DNA from: Azolla caroliniana
Lineage: Eukaryota; Plantae; Polypodiophyta
Length of the DNA: 64,000 nt
NCBI GenBank assembly: GCA_043228905.1
Contig: JBHGNT010000010.1
Location: 10,726,001 to 10,790,000, forward strand
Reading direction: 5' to 3'
Positions within the stretch are counted from its first letter, which is position 1. The number at the start of each line of letters is the position of its first letter. This document shows, one piece after another, positions 60,501-64,000 of this stretch. Position numbers and translations under genes: made by a program. The notes under the pieces were generated by a model. It saw nothing but the letters and a program-made list of their open reading frames with translations, was not told the origin of the DNA and did no database searches.

Positions 60501-62411
60501 CCGAAGCCGTAAAGGATCCAAGATGGGTCGATATGATGAATGAAGAAATGCAACCCCTATGCAAAAACGAGACATGGGATCTCATTCCTCACACCCCAAA
60601 CAAGAAAGCAATTGGCTACAGGTGGATTTACAAAGTGAAACACAATGTTGATGGCTCCGTAAATCGCTTTAAAGCACGGCTCGTTGCAAAAAGATACTCA
60701 CAAACACACGGGGTAGACTACGAAGAGACCTTTGCCCCGGTGGTAAAGATGACCATTGTGCGAACCGTAATTGCAATCGCTGCAGCAAAAGGGTGGCACC
60801 TCCACTAGATAGACATCAAGAATGCCTTTCTTCAAGGCGAATTGGAAGAGGAGGTGTACATGATCCAACCACCTGTTTTTGAATCGCACAATCATCTGAA
60901 CGTCGTGTGCTTCCTCAAGAAGCCTCTCTACGGCCTCAAACAAGCACCACGTGCATGACACTCGAAGATCACGCAGTATCTTTATCAAATCAGATTTCAA
61001 ATGTCAAAATTCGATACTTCTCTGTACATCCGAAACGAGTCGGATAGCCTGTTTGTCATCATCCTTTGCATGGATGATTTGGTCATCGAAGGAAAGGATC
61101 TCGCCGATATTAACAAGGTCAAATCACTTCTTTCTGGCAGATTCAAAATGAAAGACTTGCACGAGCTCCATTACTTCCTTGGCATTGAAGTAATTTGGCC
61201 GCCAGTTGGAATAATGATTTCTCAACGGCACTACATTCTCAACCTTCTGTTCAAGTTCGGAATGGCCGAGTGCAAACCTGTGTCTACCCTTCTCAATCAT
61301 AATCTCAAGATTGATGCTGATTCCGGCACAACCGAGTGTGAGTCAACTCAGTATCGTCAACTAATGGGAAGCTTAATCTATCTCACCATTACGTGACCCA
61401 ACCTCAGTTATTCGATCGGCCTACTTAGTCAATTTATGCAGAATCCGCAAAACTTTCATCTCGATTGCGCAAAGAGGATACTTCGGTATGTTAGCACGAC
61501 AAGGGATTACGGCATTATGTATTAGTCAAATACGACCATTCGACTCGAAGCATACACATACGCGGACTGGGCAGGATACAAAGGGGATAGACGATCCACA
61601 TCCAGATTCTTCTTCTCCCTTGGTAGCGGAGCAATCTCCTAGAGCAGTAAGAAACAACCGATAGTCACACTATCGAGCACGGAAGCCGAATACAGGGGTG
61701 CGGCAATCGCCGCATGTGAAGCCGTATGGCTCAAGTGTATTCTACAGGATCTGGGCGTACCCTTCAAAGATCCAATTCACCTATATTGCGACAACCTGAG
61801 CAACATCTACTTCGCGCGAAACCCCGTATTTTATGCGCGTACTAAGCATATCTAAGTGCACTACCACTTCATTCGTGAGCGCGTATAGGTCGGAGAAATC
61901 AACAAGCATATCAGTACGCACCTCCAAGTTGATGATATTTTTACGAAGACCTTAGGAGTCAACAAGCTCGGGCAATTCACATCAGATCTTGGTCTCACAA
62001 CATCCACATTGCCGAACTTGAGGGGGAGTACTATGAGCAACACACGCACTATACGCAATTGATCGAGTATGCAATGATACGTGAGTATGCAACACGTAGT
62101 TAATCAAACCGAGCACGAAGCCGAAAGGCCGAACAATCCAATTCAAGGATTACGAACATCGGAAGCCGGATTCCGAAGACCGAACCGACAGATGGAAGTT
62201 GTGTTCAAAGGGGCGTGTTGAGAGTCGAACTCAACTTCCCATAGTAATAGGTTTCACACTAGCTCATGGTTATACCATGCCAGTTTTGTAAATAGTAGAA
62301 AGGGCACCTGCCCTAGTTTAGTTAGTATTTAAACCAACCCCTTGTAACTTAGTTACTGTTGGAGGTATTTTGGTTAATGTAACATACAATCGTTTCTCTC
62401 TCTCTCTCTCT
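57382..62411 (+). mobile_element. Copia H (E-like; 5' LTR 57382-57662, PBS 57663, pseudogenised gag-pol 57767-62030, 3' LTR 62216-62411 truncated)
   Basis: Matching LTR starts TGTTGAGAGTCGAACTCAAC; Copia domains with many stops; 3' LTR breaks at its (CT)n, so no TSD. Confidence 0.88.
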
Positions 62412-62625
62412 AGTAACGTCTCTTTCTACCGTTGTCGTCGTCGTCTGTTGTCGTCACCTGTTGCCATTGTTGCCGTCACCGTTGTCGTAGTTCTTGGTCG
62501 TCGCTGCTGCCGCCGCCGTTGTCGTGTGTAGTCGTTGGCACTGTCATCGTTGTCCATCCCCACTATCACCTACGCTTCTGACGACGTAATCGGCTGAAGC
62601 ATACATGTCCTTCTAGACTCGAACC

Positions 62626-64000
62626 TGTTGGGATTTCGGTCCCTCCGGATGGGATGTCCGGAGATGAATGACGGCAAGCCCGGTTGCGGTTACGGAACCG
62701 GATGATGAAGAGTACCCGGCATGAAGCCGGATGAAGAGTACCCGGCTACGGATCCGGATGATGAAGACCCCGGCTACGGAGCCGAATGCTGAAGACCCCG
62801 GCTACGGAGCCGGATGACGAATGTACCCGGAGAGAGATCCGGATGCGGGGACATATTTGTGAATATGTTTTCCAAGAGCCCTTTGAGGCTATATTTGTAA
62901 ATAGTCCGAAAGTCATATGTGTATAAATATGACTTAGGGCAAACTGTTTAGTGCTGCTGGCTGTATGTTGTTGTCTATTGTGTATTGCCACTCTTATGTG
63001 TGCAAGAGTGAAGAGAGCAGTCGAGAGAGAGAGAGTGAGAGAGAGACGAAGAGGTCGTTGCCTCTGTGTATTACCGCCGCCTGTGGCGAAGACAGTGAGC
63101 TCAAGGTTGTTGCCTTGTAGCTTCACCATTGTACATCTCTGTTTATAGTGATAGTTGGAGTCTGAGGACTCCCGTGGTTTTTCCCATTTAGGGTTTTCCA
63201 CGTAAAACATCCTGTGTACTCTTCTCTCTATTGTCCTCGTGCATTTTGTATTTCCTGTTTTCTGTGAGTTGATCCTATTCCTCGGTTGTGGCCGAGCACT
63301 GTGAACGACAAAGTGGTATCAGAGCGACGGTAACACAGAAAATGGAAGGCGGCGGTAGTGGGCCTCCGGGCATGATGGTGTTGAACTCACAGAACTACGC
63401 CGACTGGAAGATAAAGATGGAAGACCTTCTCATCGTCCGAGACCTGTACGAACCGATCGACAATGCCGAGATACCCAAGGGAGTAATAGAGTCGGAGTGG
63501 AAGCTCCTGAACCGGAAAGCCGTAGCGACGATCCGGCAATATGTCGATGTAAGTGTCCTGCAACATGTGGCGAATGGTACGAACGCCTATGAGATGTGGC
63601 AGAAGCTGTCCGAACTGTATGAGAGGAAGAATGCTCTGACCCGGACCTCCCTGATGAGGAAGATAGTGAATCTTAAGTACCGGGACGGCGAGAGCATGGT
63701 CGAACACGTCAGCACGTTCATGGGATTCGTGAACCAGCTTGCGGCGATCAAGTTCCCGTTGGATGACGCAATGCAAGCCATCATGCTGATGTGTACCCTT
63801 CCGGAGAGCTGGGAGAACTTGGTAGTTACTCTCAGCACCTCCTGTAAGGAAGAGAACTTGTCTTTACTAACGGTAAAGACAAGTATTCTAAATGAAGAAG
63901 CGCGTCGGAGAGATAAAGAACCGGTCTCCGACTCGAAGGCGCTGCTTACCGAATCGGAACGGGGAAGACAACGGAACCGGAGTCCGCAAAGACGGGAGAA
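62626..64000 (+). mobile_element. Family C Copia K, 5' part (LTR 62626-63310, PBS 63314-63325)
   Basis: LTR homologous to C1 with an expanded U3 repeat; TGGTATCAGAGC. Confidence 0.9.
63342..64000 (+). CDS. Copia Gag, partial and open to the window end
   Basis: MEGGGSGPPGMMVLNSQNYADWKIKMEDLLIVRDLYEPID..., no stop seen; close homologue of the C1 Gag. Confidence 0.88.
   Translation, partial: MEGGGSGPPGMMVLNSQNYADWKIKMEDLLIVRDLYEPIDNAEIPKGVIESEWKLLNRKAVATIRQYVDVSVLQHVANGTNAYEMWQKLSELYERKNALTRTSLMRKIVNLKYRDGESMVEHVSTFMGFVNQLAAIKFPLDDAMQAIMLMCTLPESWENLVVTLSTSCKEENLSLLTVKTSILNEEARRRDKEPVSDSKALLTESERGRQRNRSPQRRE

Overview
Land-plant nuclear DNA; the species cannot be fixed from sequence alone. The window holds one host gene in a sea of nested retroelements. 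The gene is a complete 13-coding-exon sucrose synthase (SUS) on the minus strand (27758-32487, about 836 aa). It has a GC-AG intron 2 and an unusually long third exon that looks like three ancestral exons fused, plus a 14-codon insert. Left of it is a multi-layer nest: an old Copia, a small non-autonomous LTR element with tandem arrays, two near-identical intact Copia copies in inverted orientation (each with its own TSD), a decayed chromovirus-type Gypsy, a young Copia with one nonsense codon, a 5'-truncated LINE and a MITE. Right of it is an old tandem segmental duplication of a TE mosaic, with later Copia and solo-LTR insertions. Family letters (A-K) are my own labels. I see no clearly novel protein-coding system. 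The most interesting patterns are: (i) the TATA-like box of nearly every LTR family sits inside a short inverted repeat, with apparent compensatory changes; (ii) two independently inserted Copia copies share the same 5'-versus-3' LTR mismatch; (iii) the small repeat-laden non-autonomous element; (iv) family-specific CCGG/TCGG enrichment. All coordinates were read by eye.
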